Made by a program: the position numbers and the translations under genes
In this document: positions 10,271 through 19,004 of the stretch, piece after piece
Position numbering within the stretch: the first letter of the stretch is position 1
How the letters are laid out: each line of letters opens with the position of its first letter
Source of the DNA: Candidatus Parvarchaeum acidiphilum ARMAN-4
GTDB lineage: Archaea; Nanobdellota; Nanobdellia; Parvarchaeales; Parvarchaeaceae
Length of the DNA: 64,000 bases
NCBI GenBank assembly: GCA_002412065.1
Contig: GG730044.1
Location: 349-64,348 of the forward strand
Direction of reading: 5' to 3'
Notes under the pieces: model-generated
Seen by the model: only the letters and a program-made list of their open reading frames with translations
Database searches by the model: none
What the model was told of the DNA's origin: nothing

Positions 10271-11143
10271 ATGGAAATAAGCGGTGCTTTATCGGAAGTG
10301 TTTGCTGCATTCAATGAAAAAAACCAGATAGACGAGCAAAAAACCCATGAATATGTTAAATTCCTCCTAAAAAACAATGTTAAGGCTTTATTTGTAGGAG
10401 GCATAGCCGCAGAAACACTGTCCTTTTCCGATGATGAAAGGGAAAAGTGGTTAAAGGCCGTTAAATCCGCTGCTGAAAAAACTACCGTTATCTTCCAGCT
10501 CAAACCCTCGAATATTGAAGGACTGAAAAAGCAGATAAAAACCGCAGAAGAAAATTCCGTGGATATTGTATCTTTAAGCCAGCCTTACCCGATACCTTTG
10601 AGCAATAACGAAATCGTGGATTATTTTAACAATGCCTGCAAGCTAACTTCATTGCCTATAATGGTTTACAATGAACCAACCGTAGGGAAGGCAATGGATA
10701 TACAGACTTTAAACCTTATAATAAAGAACAATAAAAACGTCAATTTTTACAAAGACAGCACACATAACATGATAGACTTGCATTCCTTGATTCTGCAGAA
10801 CCCTTCGCTTAATGTTCTTGCCGGCAGCGATGGGCTGATATTTGATATAATGAATGCAGGCGGAAAAGGAGTAGTCTCCTTGGTTGTAAACCCTTTCCCC
10901 GAGCTTATAAACCGGGAGGTTGAAGCACTCCAGAAAAAACAATTGGATAAGGCTTTGGAGCTGCAGAACAAGATCCTAAAAGTCAGATCTATTCTTAAAG
11001 AAGGCGGTTTAACAGCCGGTTACAGATATGCAATGCAACTTAGGGGGATAGACATAGGCAAAGCGCCTTTTCCCTATTCAAATATCAATGAAGATGCAAA
11101 ATCAAAAATAGAGAAAAACCTGAAGGAAATTAACCTGCTTTAA
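10271..11143 (+). CDS. DapA/NanA-family class I aldolase (specificity unknown)
   Basis: Length of about 290 aa, GIAAE (GTTGE-like) and YNEP motifs, and a FYKDST lysine context as in DHDPS/KDG-aldolase relatives. Confidence 0.6.
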   Translation: MEISGALSEVFAAFNEKNQIDEQKTHEYVKFLLKNNVKALFVGGIAAETLSFSDDEREKWLKAVKSAAEKTTVIFQLKPSNIEGLKKQIKTAEENSVDIVSLSQPYPIPLSNNEIVDYFNNACKLTSLPIMVYNEPTVGKAMDIQTLNLIIKNNKNVNFYKDSTHNMIDLHSLILQNPSLNVLAGSDGLIFDIMNAGGKGVVSLVVNPFPELINREVEALQKKQLDKALELQNKILKVRSILKEGGLTAGYRYAMQLRGIDIGKAPFPYSNINEDAKSKIEKNLKEINLL

Positions 11144-11348
11144 AGAAATCTGCAGTCTAATAAGTGTAGCTATACTTGGTAACAATTCTTTTAAAATTAA
11201 GAGCTTACTTTTCAGAAACCAGAATTAATTACCTTCATTCTCGTAGTATTCCTTTAGAACTTCGTTTGAATCCTTTTCGGCTTCCTGTTCTATTGCTTTT
11301 TCTTCTTCGTCCATAGTTTTACTTTAATGTGTTCATTATATAAAAAAT

Positions 11349-11684
11349 TTAGTATGGAATTACCGGAGATGTTTTGTGGTAAGTGAGCTCTAGACTTGAG
11401 GACATAATCTTTTTTAAATTAAGAGACTTCAAAATAGAATCCAAATCAACCTTGTCTTTGGAAACCGCCTTTTTTAGTTCGTACCTTGCTTTTTGAATTT
11501 CTTTCGCAAATGGACTTTTTTTGAATTCCGGATCGGTAAGAATGAAATAATCACGCCATTCTTCAGCTTTATACAGATTCGAGAGGGCATCTTTATATAA
11601 TTTATTTTCAATGTTGTACTCTGTCTTATTCAAAAAGCCCTGGGCAATTGAATTAAAATACATGAACGCTGCTTCATCTTCCAT
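11349..11684 (-). CDS. hypothetical protein
   Basis: ORF only; helical, with a TPR-like composition. Confidence 0.3.
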   Translation of the reverse strand: MEDEAAFMYFNSIAQGFLNKTEYNIENKLYKDALSNLYKAEEWRDYFILTDPEFKKSPFAKEIQKARYELKKAVSKDKVDLDSILKSLNLKKIMSSSLELTYHKTSPVIPY

Positions 11685-11716
11685 CCCAGACTTGTGAAAT
11701 CTTCTGATATAAATAC

Positions 11717-13310
11717 TTATTTATCTAGGTAGTAGAGACCGCTTCCACTACTATTAGTCAAAGCAGTTATGAATGAAGTTCCATTCCAGACCATATTGCT
11801 TGTAAAATTATTCTTTGTGTTAACGCTTCCGGTTATGTTGGCCCATAAGTTCGTTATTGGGTTGTAAATCTCTAAAAATGGACTTAAAGATTTTGAACCT
11901 CCAGGCCCGGAAGAAGTAAGAAGATATGAACCAGAGATTAAGAAATATGCACCATCCCAGCTAAGGCTTAAGTTTGCCTGCGAAAAGGTTTTGCCTGCAG
12001 GAATTGGTAAAGTTAAATTGCTTACATTTTCAAGAGCACTGTTACTGCTATTATAAGAGAGAAGATTCAAAGTTAACACAGAAGTTGCTGGCTGCGGGCC
12101 TGTTGGATCTTTATATTCTAACAAATAATAATCTGTTCCGTTATAAAAGGGATTTGTGAAATTATATCCCTGAAAACTGCTTAAATTACTTGACAGATTT
12201 ATAATTGATTTTTTAGATGAAGTGTAATAAAGTAAGTCCTGTATTATCTTAGTAGTTGATGGTGGCGGAGGAGTAGTATTGATAATTTGTTTACTGTAGC
12301 CTGTAACCAAATAACCATTGTTGTTATAAGATAAACCAATAGGATAGAAATTCGTGTAATTCTTGAAAAATGTCAAATTTACAAGTTTTTTATCGTATTG
12401 AACCAAACCTATACTATCATTTTTAAATCTCACCAAAAATGTGAACCCTTACTGTTTGATACTGAAGAAAATACGTTTGTTATACTATTATTCTTGAATG
12501 TCTTGGTTAAATTGTTTGCTGTATAATTTTTAATATTATAGATAAATACGAAATAACCTGAGTCCGTTTTATTCCCGATTATTACAAGATTAGAGCCATT
12601 TTGTGATATGCTTCTTATTGTTGAATGGCTATAATCAAGGTTCATTGTCGTTATTTTAGATGGAATAAAATTCTCTTCGTACATATATTTGTATTCAGCA
12701 TTTAATTTAGACGAAAGATTTGAGATAGTTTGATTCTTTAAAGCTAATTCTGATGAGAGATCTGCAAGAGATATGTTATCAGAAACCAAAGACTTGTTTA
12801 ATTTAGAAATTGTAAAGGATAAATTTGAGATATTTTGATTTTTTAGAGCTAATTCTAACGAGAGATTGGATATAGAAAGGTTATCTGTTGATAATTTACT
12901 TAATGAATAAGAAAGGGACCTATCAACCAAATGGTAAAGGCTTTCAGCAGTATTGTAACTTTTATTCAAATTATCCAACTTAATATTGAGAGAATTGACC
13001 TCGCTCTGATAAGCAATTATATTGCTTTTTGAAAGATTTTCCTGTAAAGAAAAGGAATTGCTTTTTGATTCTAATATCTTTAGCTTACTAGTTAAATTAG
13101 ATATGTTCGCTTCCAGCTGCGCTATTTTGTTGGAAACTTGTGTTAGATTAGTTGACTGTACGTCGTATGAATGCGTTAAATTTGATAACTTATTTGCTTG
13201 ATTTACAGTAACATGCTTCAATGAACGGAGAAAAAGCTGACTATTATTAGCATTGCGGCCAATGAAAACGCAGAAGCGTAAACTAATTTTCTCTTTAATA
13301 TCTCATCCAT
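11717..13310 (-). CDS. membrane-anchored coiled-coil plus beta-rich surface protein, extremely rich in N-X-S/T sequons; split over three frames
   Basis: A 30-codon ORF (13218-13310: MDEILKRKLVYASAFSLAAMLIIVSFFSVH) supplies a TM anchor. It is followed by ORF 12430-13221 (coiled coil with repeated NLS/NIS motifs) and ORF 11717-12436 (beta-strand-like repeats). Both junctions lie on T5 runs in the coding sense (+ strand A5 at 13231-13235 and 12435-12439), and T6 would fuse the frames. Confidence 0.55.
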
Positions 13311-13382
13311 AATAAACAATTAATTACTACAATTAAAGAGTTATAAGTATATAAATACTTTATTTATAATTATTTGTATTGA

Positions 13383-13491
13383 AGGTGAGCGCGCGAGTTG
13401 AACGCGCCTACTTCGTTAACGGCTATATCTCACAACGCTAGACAGCATTTGTCATTTGCAGACGAATACATAGCCGCTCTGTCAGCTCACC
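13383..13491 (-). tRNA. tRNA-Cys (GCA) with a 38-nt intron at the canonical 37/38 position
   Basis: Hand fold. Acceptor GGTGAGC/GCTCACC; T arm GCGCG-TTCAACT-CGCGC; anticodon stem TTCGT/ACGAA; loop C-U-GCA-A-[intron]-A; discriminator U73 (a Cys identity element); 3-bp D stem with G13.A22. The intron occupies + strand 13418-13455. Confidence 0.7.
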
Positions 13492-13641
13492 AATGACAGA
13501 ATAACAATTTTAATCATTAGTACATTAATAAGACTTTCTAGTGGTAGAGCAAATGATTGGACTATGCTTATGCGCTTAAAGTATATACTAACCAATAATT
13601 GAAAATAAAATTTCCTAATTATTTCTAATTGATAAAAATAC

Positions 13642-15207
13642 TTAAGCTACGCTTCCAAAACTCACAGAAGGCATTACTCCGTTTGGTGGATAGGCACGAA
13701 TACGAATCCAAGTGTATTGTAAATTAAAGGGGCTTCCACCACCTGAGTTATACACCCCTAAGTTAATATAAAGTGGAGCGGAGGGGTTCTCAGAAGTAGT
13801 TGATGATAAGTCTCCGTAATTAACGTATGTAGTTATACCAGCGTTGGAAGATAACGAAACGCCGTAAACATTCCAATTAGAATTCCTGCCTATTGAATTA
13901 AGATATATAAAAGCACCATTAAGTACAGTTTCCGATTGTATAATGTCTCCTACATTATTCTTACCCGCTGACCAACCGGCAATTGTGTCTCCTGTAGTTC
14001 CACCATTATCCCACACTGGTTCTGCATTGTTAACTGTTGATATACCAATCATACCTCTTTCACTACCAGTGCTTCCACTGCGTTGATTTATGTAACCTTC
14101 TAAAATATTATTATTATTAAAAACGGCACTAGTTGTAGCCACGTAAGTAGAGCCAGAATCACTTCCATCTCCACTTATTGTAAGCCCATTATTTACAATT
14201 ACACTTGAGCCAGATACGGCTCCGAATACCCACCCGTTTGGAAGAGTGGTCCCTGCAAAATTTGTATAGTAATTAAATACACTTGCGCCGTCATCATATT
14301 CTGCGTAATTTGAACAGCTTGAAGTTGGAGTTGAACCACAAGGAATTTGTGGTGCTTCACCATCGTTTACTGTATTGAATAGACTAGCAGAGGTTGGAGC
14401 AAAGCCTACATAGACTGTTTCTGACGAGCCTGATGGTATTGCTGCTATCTTTAACCACCAAAGTCCATTTGTTGATGTGTAATTCTCCAGCCATGACGGT
14501 ATTATAGTTCCATTGTAATAGAAGAATTCTACATTCTGTCCGAAATTGCCTGTTGCTATTGAGGAAAAGCCTGGATCTGATGATGTAAAATTAATCATCT
14601 GCTGGAATGGACTTGGAGTTGCTGAACTTTGGCTGTTAGTTATGGTTATTGGTTCATAGCTTGTTAAAGTTGATGGCTTTCCAGTTATAGAAGTTCCTGC
14701 TACTGTTCCTGTCGTGTTTATTGTCTGCATTCCTATTGTAGGAACATCATAGCTGTACTGTATCTTTGCTGACAATGAATAATGGATATTTGCTGAATTA
14801 CAGGCAACATTTGGTATTATAATTGTAGTGGACTGACCGCTTTTCAATGTTACTGGGTTTGTTAATGTATAACTTGCAGTTGTTGTATTAGCTCCTGTTG
14901 CCGATGTTAAGTATACTTTATTGATTGTCAGTGAATTTGCATTATTTGGTATTGGACCTGCTAATACTGCTATTTTGTATCCTATATTATTGCATAAGCT
15001 TGAGGATACTGTAAATGGTGAAAATCCAGAGCTTGTGAAAGTTATGCTTGATGATGGATTGAAGATACCCATGCTGTATAATATTACTGCTACTATGACT
15101 ATGATTAGAATAGCCCAACCGTAGGTCATCATATATTCCAAAGCTGACTGAGAACGCTTGCTTTTTACTACAGGATTTAAGTGATTAGTTATATTTGTTG
15201 TATGCAT
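13642..15207 (-). CDS. class III signal peptide (type IV pilin-like) protein with DUF2341-like and ConA-like domains
   Basis: N-terminal KSKRSQSALEYMMTYGWAILIIVIVAVILYSMGIF (basic residues, Q at +1, E at +5, hydrophobic helix). The middle segment YEPITITNSQ..NVEFFYYNGTIIPSWLENY..LWWLKIAAIPSGSSETVYVGF resembles DUF2341. C-terminal tail WIRIRAYPPNGVMPSVSFGSVA. Confidence 0.8.
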   Translation of the reverse strand: MHTTNITNHLNPVVKSKRSQSALEYMMTYGWAILIIVIVAVILYSMGIFNPSSSITFTSSGFSPFTVSSSLCNNIGYKIAVLAGPIPNNANSLTINKVYLTSATGANTTTASYTLTNPVTLKSGQSTTIIIPNVACNSANIHYSLSAKIQYSYDVPTIGMQTINTTGTVAGTSITGKPSTLTSYEPITITNSQSSATPSPFQQMINFTSSDPGFSSIATGNFGQNVEFFYYNGTIIPSWLENYTSTNGLWWLKIAAIPSGSSETVYVGFAPTSASLFNTVNDGEAPQIPCGSTPTSSCSNYAEYDDGASVFNYYTNFAGTTLPNGWVFGAVSGSSVIVNNGLTISGDGSDSGSTYVATTSAVFNNNNILEGYINQRSGSTGSERGMIGISTVNNAEPVWDNGGTTGDTIAGWSAGKNNVGDIIQSETVLNGAFIYLNSIGRNSNWNVYGVSLSSNAGITTYVNYGDLSSTTSENPSAPLYINLGVYNSGGGSPFNLQYTWIRIRAYPPNGVMPSVSFGSVA

Positions 15208-15245
15208 AATTACGCTCTTTCTTTATTGTTTAAGGCTTCAAATGG

Positions 15246-15284
15246 CATATTATTTGGATGGAAAGTAAAGGATATAAATATTTC
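15246..15284 (-). promoter_or_regulatory. conserved 39-bp promoter/start module (copy 1): GAAATATTTATATCCTTTACTTTCCATCCAAATAATATG
   Basis: Near-identical blocks lie at 18903-18941 and 28994-29032. The TTTATATC TATA-like box sits about 27 nt before the terminal ATG. In this copy the ATG opens only a 12-codon uORF (15210-15248), and the pilin-like ORF starts at 15207. Confidence 0.55.
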
Positions 15285-15390
15285 CAGATGTTCAAATTAT
15301 TAGCTTAAAGACTTAACAAACTTTGATTAGAATAGTAGATTCTACCTTAAAAAATAAAAATTATAAATACACGTAAAACTTTAAAGTGGT

Positions 15391-15639
15391 ATGGATCAGA
15401 TGGAAGCACTTATATTCGTAGAGGTTTCTCAAGGAGCTTCAGCAATAGAGATAGCAAAGGCCGTTAGCAGTAGTGAAAATGTAATGGAAGTTATGCTTAT
15501 AAGTGGACAATGGGATTTATTAGTGAGACTAAAATACAGCAGTATAGAGGAACTTTCAAACTTTGTTGTTTCACAACTCAGAAAAGAAAAAGGTGTAGGT
15601 AGAACAGACACTACAATAGTACTAAATAAAGTAAAGTGA
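15391..15639 (+). CDS. stand-alone Lrp/AsnC-type ligand-binding (RAM) domain protein
   Basis: 82 aa with no HTH. The pattern ALIFVEV....V.EV.LISGQWDLLVRL......EL..FV matches the AsnC C-terminal domain. Ends 7 nt before radA. Confidence 0.6.
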   Translation: MDQMEALIFVEVSQGASAIEIAKAVSSSENVMEVMLISGQWDLLVRLKYSSIEELSNFVVSQLRKEKGVGRTDTTIVLNKVK

Positions 15640-15646
15640 GGTAAAA

Positions 15647-16684
15647 ATGGAAGAAGACGAAATTGAACACACTGAAGAAGAAAATGAAAATGAAGAAATA
15701 ACAGAAGAGGTGCATTCTGACTTTGAATATAAAGACATAAAAGATTTACCAGGAGTCGGAAGTACTATAGCTTCAAAGATAAGAAACGCGGGTTACCAGG
15801 ATGTGATAGCACTTGCAACAGCAAACCCATTGGTTTTAACAGAAGCTTGCGGAATAGGAGAACCAACTGCTAGAAAAATAGTGGCCGAGGCAAGAGAAGC
15901 ATCTAAAATGAACTTCATGTCTGGGTTGGAGTTTGAAGACAAGAGAAAAAGTGTACAAAGAATATCAACTAGTAGTGAAGCTCTTAATATTTTATTGGGC
16001 GGAGGTGTAGAAACTCAGTCTATAACAGAATGCTATGGTGAATACGGCTCTGGAAAAAGCCAGCTTGCATTCCAATTGGCCGTTGATGTACAATTGCCTC
16101 TGGAAAAAGGAGGATTGGAAGGCCATGCAATATGGATTGATACAGAAGGAACTTTCAGGCCATCAAGAATCGAGCAATTGGCAGCAGTAAAAGGCCTTGA
16201 TCCAAAACAGGCATTACAAAACATAAAGATAGGTAGGGCTTACTCTTCCGATCATCAAGTCCTTTTGGTAGACAAAGTACCAGAGCTTATAAACGCAGAC
16301 CCTAAAATAAAACTTATAGTTGTAGACAGTATGATGGCATTATTCCGTGCTGAATATGTAGGCAGAGGAACATTAGTTGACAGACAGCAAAAAGTAAATG
16401 TTGTTTTACATAATCTTCAAAGATTGGCAGACCGCTTTAATGTAGCAGTTTATATAACAAACCAGGTAATGGCCAGACCAGATGTTATGTTTGGAGATCC
16501 AACTGCAGCTGTGGGCGGACACATAATAGGGCATGTAGCTACTTACAGGATATATTTGAGAAAAGGAAAGAAAGGATCCAGAGTTGGAAAACTTGTAGAC
16601 TCGCCTAGCCTGCCGGAAGGAGAAGCTTCTTTTGAAATAACGTCTAATGGGATAACTGACCTTGAAGAAGAAAAGAAAAAATAA
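15647..16684 (+). CDS. radA: DNA repair and recombination protein RadA
   Basis: HhH region LPGVGSTIASKI, Walker A GEYGSGKSQ, Walker B KLIVVDS. Carries an unusual acidic extension of about 25 aa at the N-terminus. Confidence 0.93.
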   Translation: MEEDEIEHTEEENENEEITEEVHSDFEYKDIKDLPGVGSTIASKIRNAGYQDVIALATANPLVLTEACGIGEPTARKIVAEAREASKMNFMSGLEFEDKRKSVQRISTSSEALNILLGGGVETQSITECYGEYGSGKSQLAFQLAVDVQLPLEKGGLEGHAIWIDTEGTFRPSRIEQLAAVKGLDPKQALQNIKIGRAYSSDHQVLLVDKVPELINADPKIKLIVVDSMMALFRAEYVGRGTLVDRQQKVNVVLHNLQRLADRFNVAVYITNQVMARPDVMFGDPTAAVGGHIIGHVATYRIYLRKGKKGSRVGKLVDSPSLPEGEASFEITSNGITDLEEEKKK

Positions 16685-16704
16685 ACCCATTTTACTAATA
16701 TTAT

Positions 16705-17727
16705 ATGAAATTAGAAGGCGACAGACTCAAAAGTATAATTGATTTAATAGAGCCGATAAAAGACCCTGAGATAGGTATAAGTATAGTGAAGCTAAGGATG
16801 ATAGACTCCGTTGAGGAAGAGAACGGAAGAATAAAGATAAATATAAAATTAACCGTTCCTGGCTGTCCGTTATCATCAACTATAGAAAAAGACGTTAAAA
16901 AGATACTTGAAGAAAAAGGATATACGGATGCAGAAGTAAACTTCGGGTTCATGTCCAAGAAGGAATTGGATGAGATAAAGGATGTTATAAGAAAGGAAAA
17001 AATATCCATGCCGGAAAGCATAGAAAGATACGAGAAAAAAAGCATAAGAAAGATAATAGCGGTTTACTCTGCTAAAGGCGGAGTTGGAAAAAGCACCGTT
17101 GTAAAACTCCTTGCGGAAACTGCAAATTCAATGGGTTATAAGACAGGCATATTAGACTGTGATATATCCGGACCGTCTATAACTTCTTTATTTAATTTAA
17201 AGGAAAGAGCATACGCCGATCAGGATGGAAAAATAATACCTATAATAAAAAACGGGCTGAAGATAATGGCAGTTGACATGCTAACACAAGTAGAAGCGAT
17301 AATATGGCGCGGCCCTTTGGTTTCTAGTGCGATAAAACAAATGTACAATGACACTAACTGGGGCAATTTAGATATACTATTTTTAGATTTGCCACCTGGG
17401 ACCAGTGATGCACCGATAACTGTTTTTCAGTCAATACCTGTAGATGGAACTGTAGTAGTAACTACCCCACAGGAGCTCTCAAATTTGATCGGGAAAAAAA
17501 CATTAGTAGTAGCCAAAAGCCTTAATATCCCTGTAATGGGTGTTATAGAAAATATGAGTTACTTTGTATGCAAACACTGTGGAGAAAAGAATGAGATAGG
17601 CAGCAAAGATACAAAACTTGACCTGCCGATACTTGCAAAACTGCCTTTCTTTAACGATCTTAATGCAGAAAAAGAAGAAAGCATAAATCAGCTAAAGATC
17701 GCAGTAAGCAAGATAATTAGTATGTGA
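16705..17727 (+). CDS. Mrp/NBP35-family Fe-S cluster carrier ATPase with N-terminal DUF59-like domain
   Basis: Deviant Walker A SAKGGVGKST, a CKHCGE cysteine pair, and an N-terminal ..KLTVPGCPL.. segment. Confidence 0.88.
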   Translation: MKLEGDRLKSIIDLIEPIKDPEIGISIVKLRMIDSVEEENGRIKINIKLTVPGCPLSSTIEKDVKKILEEKGYTDAEVNFGFMSKKELDEIKDVIRKEKISMPESIERYEKKSIRKIIAVYSAKGGVGKSTVVKLLAETANSMGYKTGILDCDISGPSITSLFNLKERAYADQDGKIIPIIKNGLKIMAVDMLTQVEAIIWRGPLVSSAIKQMYNDTNWGNLDILFLDLPPGTSDAPITVFQSIPVDGTVVVTTPQELSNLIGKKTLVVAKSLNIPVMGVIENMSYFVCKHCGEKNEIGSKDTKLDLPILAKLPFFNDLNAEKEESINQLKIAVSKIISM

Positions 17728-17783
17728 TTTCTGAAAATATTATAGCTTCTCTATTTTAAAGATTATTTTTATGTCTTAACAAA

Positions 17784-18905
17784 CTATGGGGAAACCCATT
17801 TAACATTAATTGCAACTCCCTTGTTGTTATAGCCACTATAATCATTTGCATTACCATCCAATGGCCACCAAGCTACTAGACCATTATTTGTTATTGGAGC
17901 TGCTCCAAAACCATTATTATATAAATCTTGAATTTGACTTGCAGATAAAGTTGTGTTATAAATCTGCACATCAAATATCTCGCCTGTAAAATATTGATTA
18001 GATTCATGCTGACCTGTTGGATCAGAACCTATTGTAATATAATCAAATGAGTCGGAAGGACTATATGTACCACTACCACTAACTGTGCTTTTATTAACGT
18101 ATAGCTCCTGAAAAGAAGAAGTAGCGGAATAGGTTATTGCACTAAAATACCATTTTCCAAATGTAGCAGGAAGTCCTAAGGTAGGAGGGCCATTTATCCA
18201 CGCATAAATATAACCTGTTCCAGAATTATTATATCCAAGGAAAGGAGTTGACCATCCACCGCATGTTGGTGAAGTACATATATTCGCTATCGTACCACCA
18301 AGACCAGCTGGGCTATAAACCCAAGCAACTATGGTAAATGCATGATTAGTTCCTAACCACGAACCTACTGGAGCGTAAATATAAGCATTATTACCGTTAA
18401 AATTTGCCACTGCGCCTTGTGATATTGTCTTCCCGGTAATTGCCCCTGACGATATATAAGGACCTGGAAGAGGCTGACCTGGCTCTTTATACATAACAGA
18501 GATTTTATTAGAAAAGCTCATACCAGAATTGTTGGAACATGAATCAGCTAAAACAAAATAAGATAAACCACTAGCAGAAATTATAGATGAAAAATTAACT
18601 GAAACTAACTTACCGTTTTGATTGGTAGTTGTAATTTTTGTTATTTGAATTGGAACACCCAGTGAATCTCCCAATGACAAAACAAGACCTCCTCCTGGGA
18701 AACACTGTGCTGAAACGCTCCCAAGTCCTGCGAAACCTGTTACTGTCGTTGATATACTTGATGATGGATTAAAAATACCCATGCTGTATAGGATTACTGC
18801 AACTATTACTATTATTAGGATAGCCCAGCCATACGTCATCATATATTCTAAAGCTGACTGAGAACGCTTGCTTTTTACTGAAAGACTTGGGTAATTAAAT
18901 AGCAT
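17784..18905 (-). CDS. class III signal peptide (pilin-like) protein with LamG-like lectin domain
   Basis: Same KSKRSQSALEYMMTYGWAIL.. N-terminus. LamG_3-like run NFNGNNAYIYAP..FTIVAWVY..LYVN..FTGEIFDVQIYNTTLSASQIQDLYN. The ATG at 18905 is preferred because it coincides with the conserved start module (the ORF track starts at the TTG at 18926). Confidence 0.8.
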   Translation of the reverse strand: MLFNYPSLSVKSKRSQSALEYMMTYGWAILIIVIVAVILYSMGIFNPSSSISTTVTGFAGLGSVSAQCFPGGGLVLSLGDSLGVPIQITKITTTNQNGKLVSVNFSSIISASGLSYFVLADSCSNNSGMSFSNKISVMYKEPGQPLPGPYISSGAITGKTISQGAVANFNGNNAYIYAPVGSWLGTNHAFTIVAWVYSPAGLGGTIANICTSPTCGGWSTPFLGYNNSGTGYIYAWINGPPTLGLPATFGKWYFSAITYSATSSFQELYVNKSTVSGSGTYSPSDSFDYITIGSDPTGQHESNQYFTGEIFDVQIYNTTLSASQIQDLYNNGFGAAPITNNGLVAWWPLDGNANDYSGYNNKGVAINVKWVSP

Positions 18906-18941
18906 ATTATTTGGATGGAAAGTCAAGGATATAAATATTTC
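18903..18941 (-). promoter_or_regulatory. conserved 39-bp promoter/start module (copy 2)
   Basis: + strand catattatttggatggaaagtcaaggatataaatatttc. One mismatch to copy 1. Confidence 0.55.
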
Positions 18942-19004
18942 TTACGATTAAATTTTCTTTATTGAAGATAATTAATTTTATTTAATTTAAAGCAGAACAA
19001 AAAA

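Noticed and set aside
11204-11313. Small acidic minus-strand ORF (MDEEEKAIEQEAEKDSNEVLKEYYENEGN, ~29 aa) in the spacer after the DapA-like gene.
   Set aside because: It is below any reasonable length threshold and has no supporting signal, so it is not reported as a feature.
12700-12900. Approximately 90-nt internal direct duplication in the 12430-13221 ORF.
   Set aside because: It is an in-frame duplication of a coiled-coil segment (..ELALKNQ.ISNLS..), not a non-coding repeat array.
13383-13491. Alternative reading of this locus as tRNA-Leu(CAA), using the hairpin GTC-TGCAAAT-GAC.
   Set aside because: That loop has G at position 33, the stem is only 3 bp, and ~29 unexplained nt remain before the T arm. 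The Cys(GCA)+intron model explains every nucleotide and gives U33, A37 and U73.
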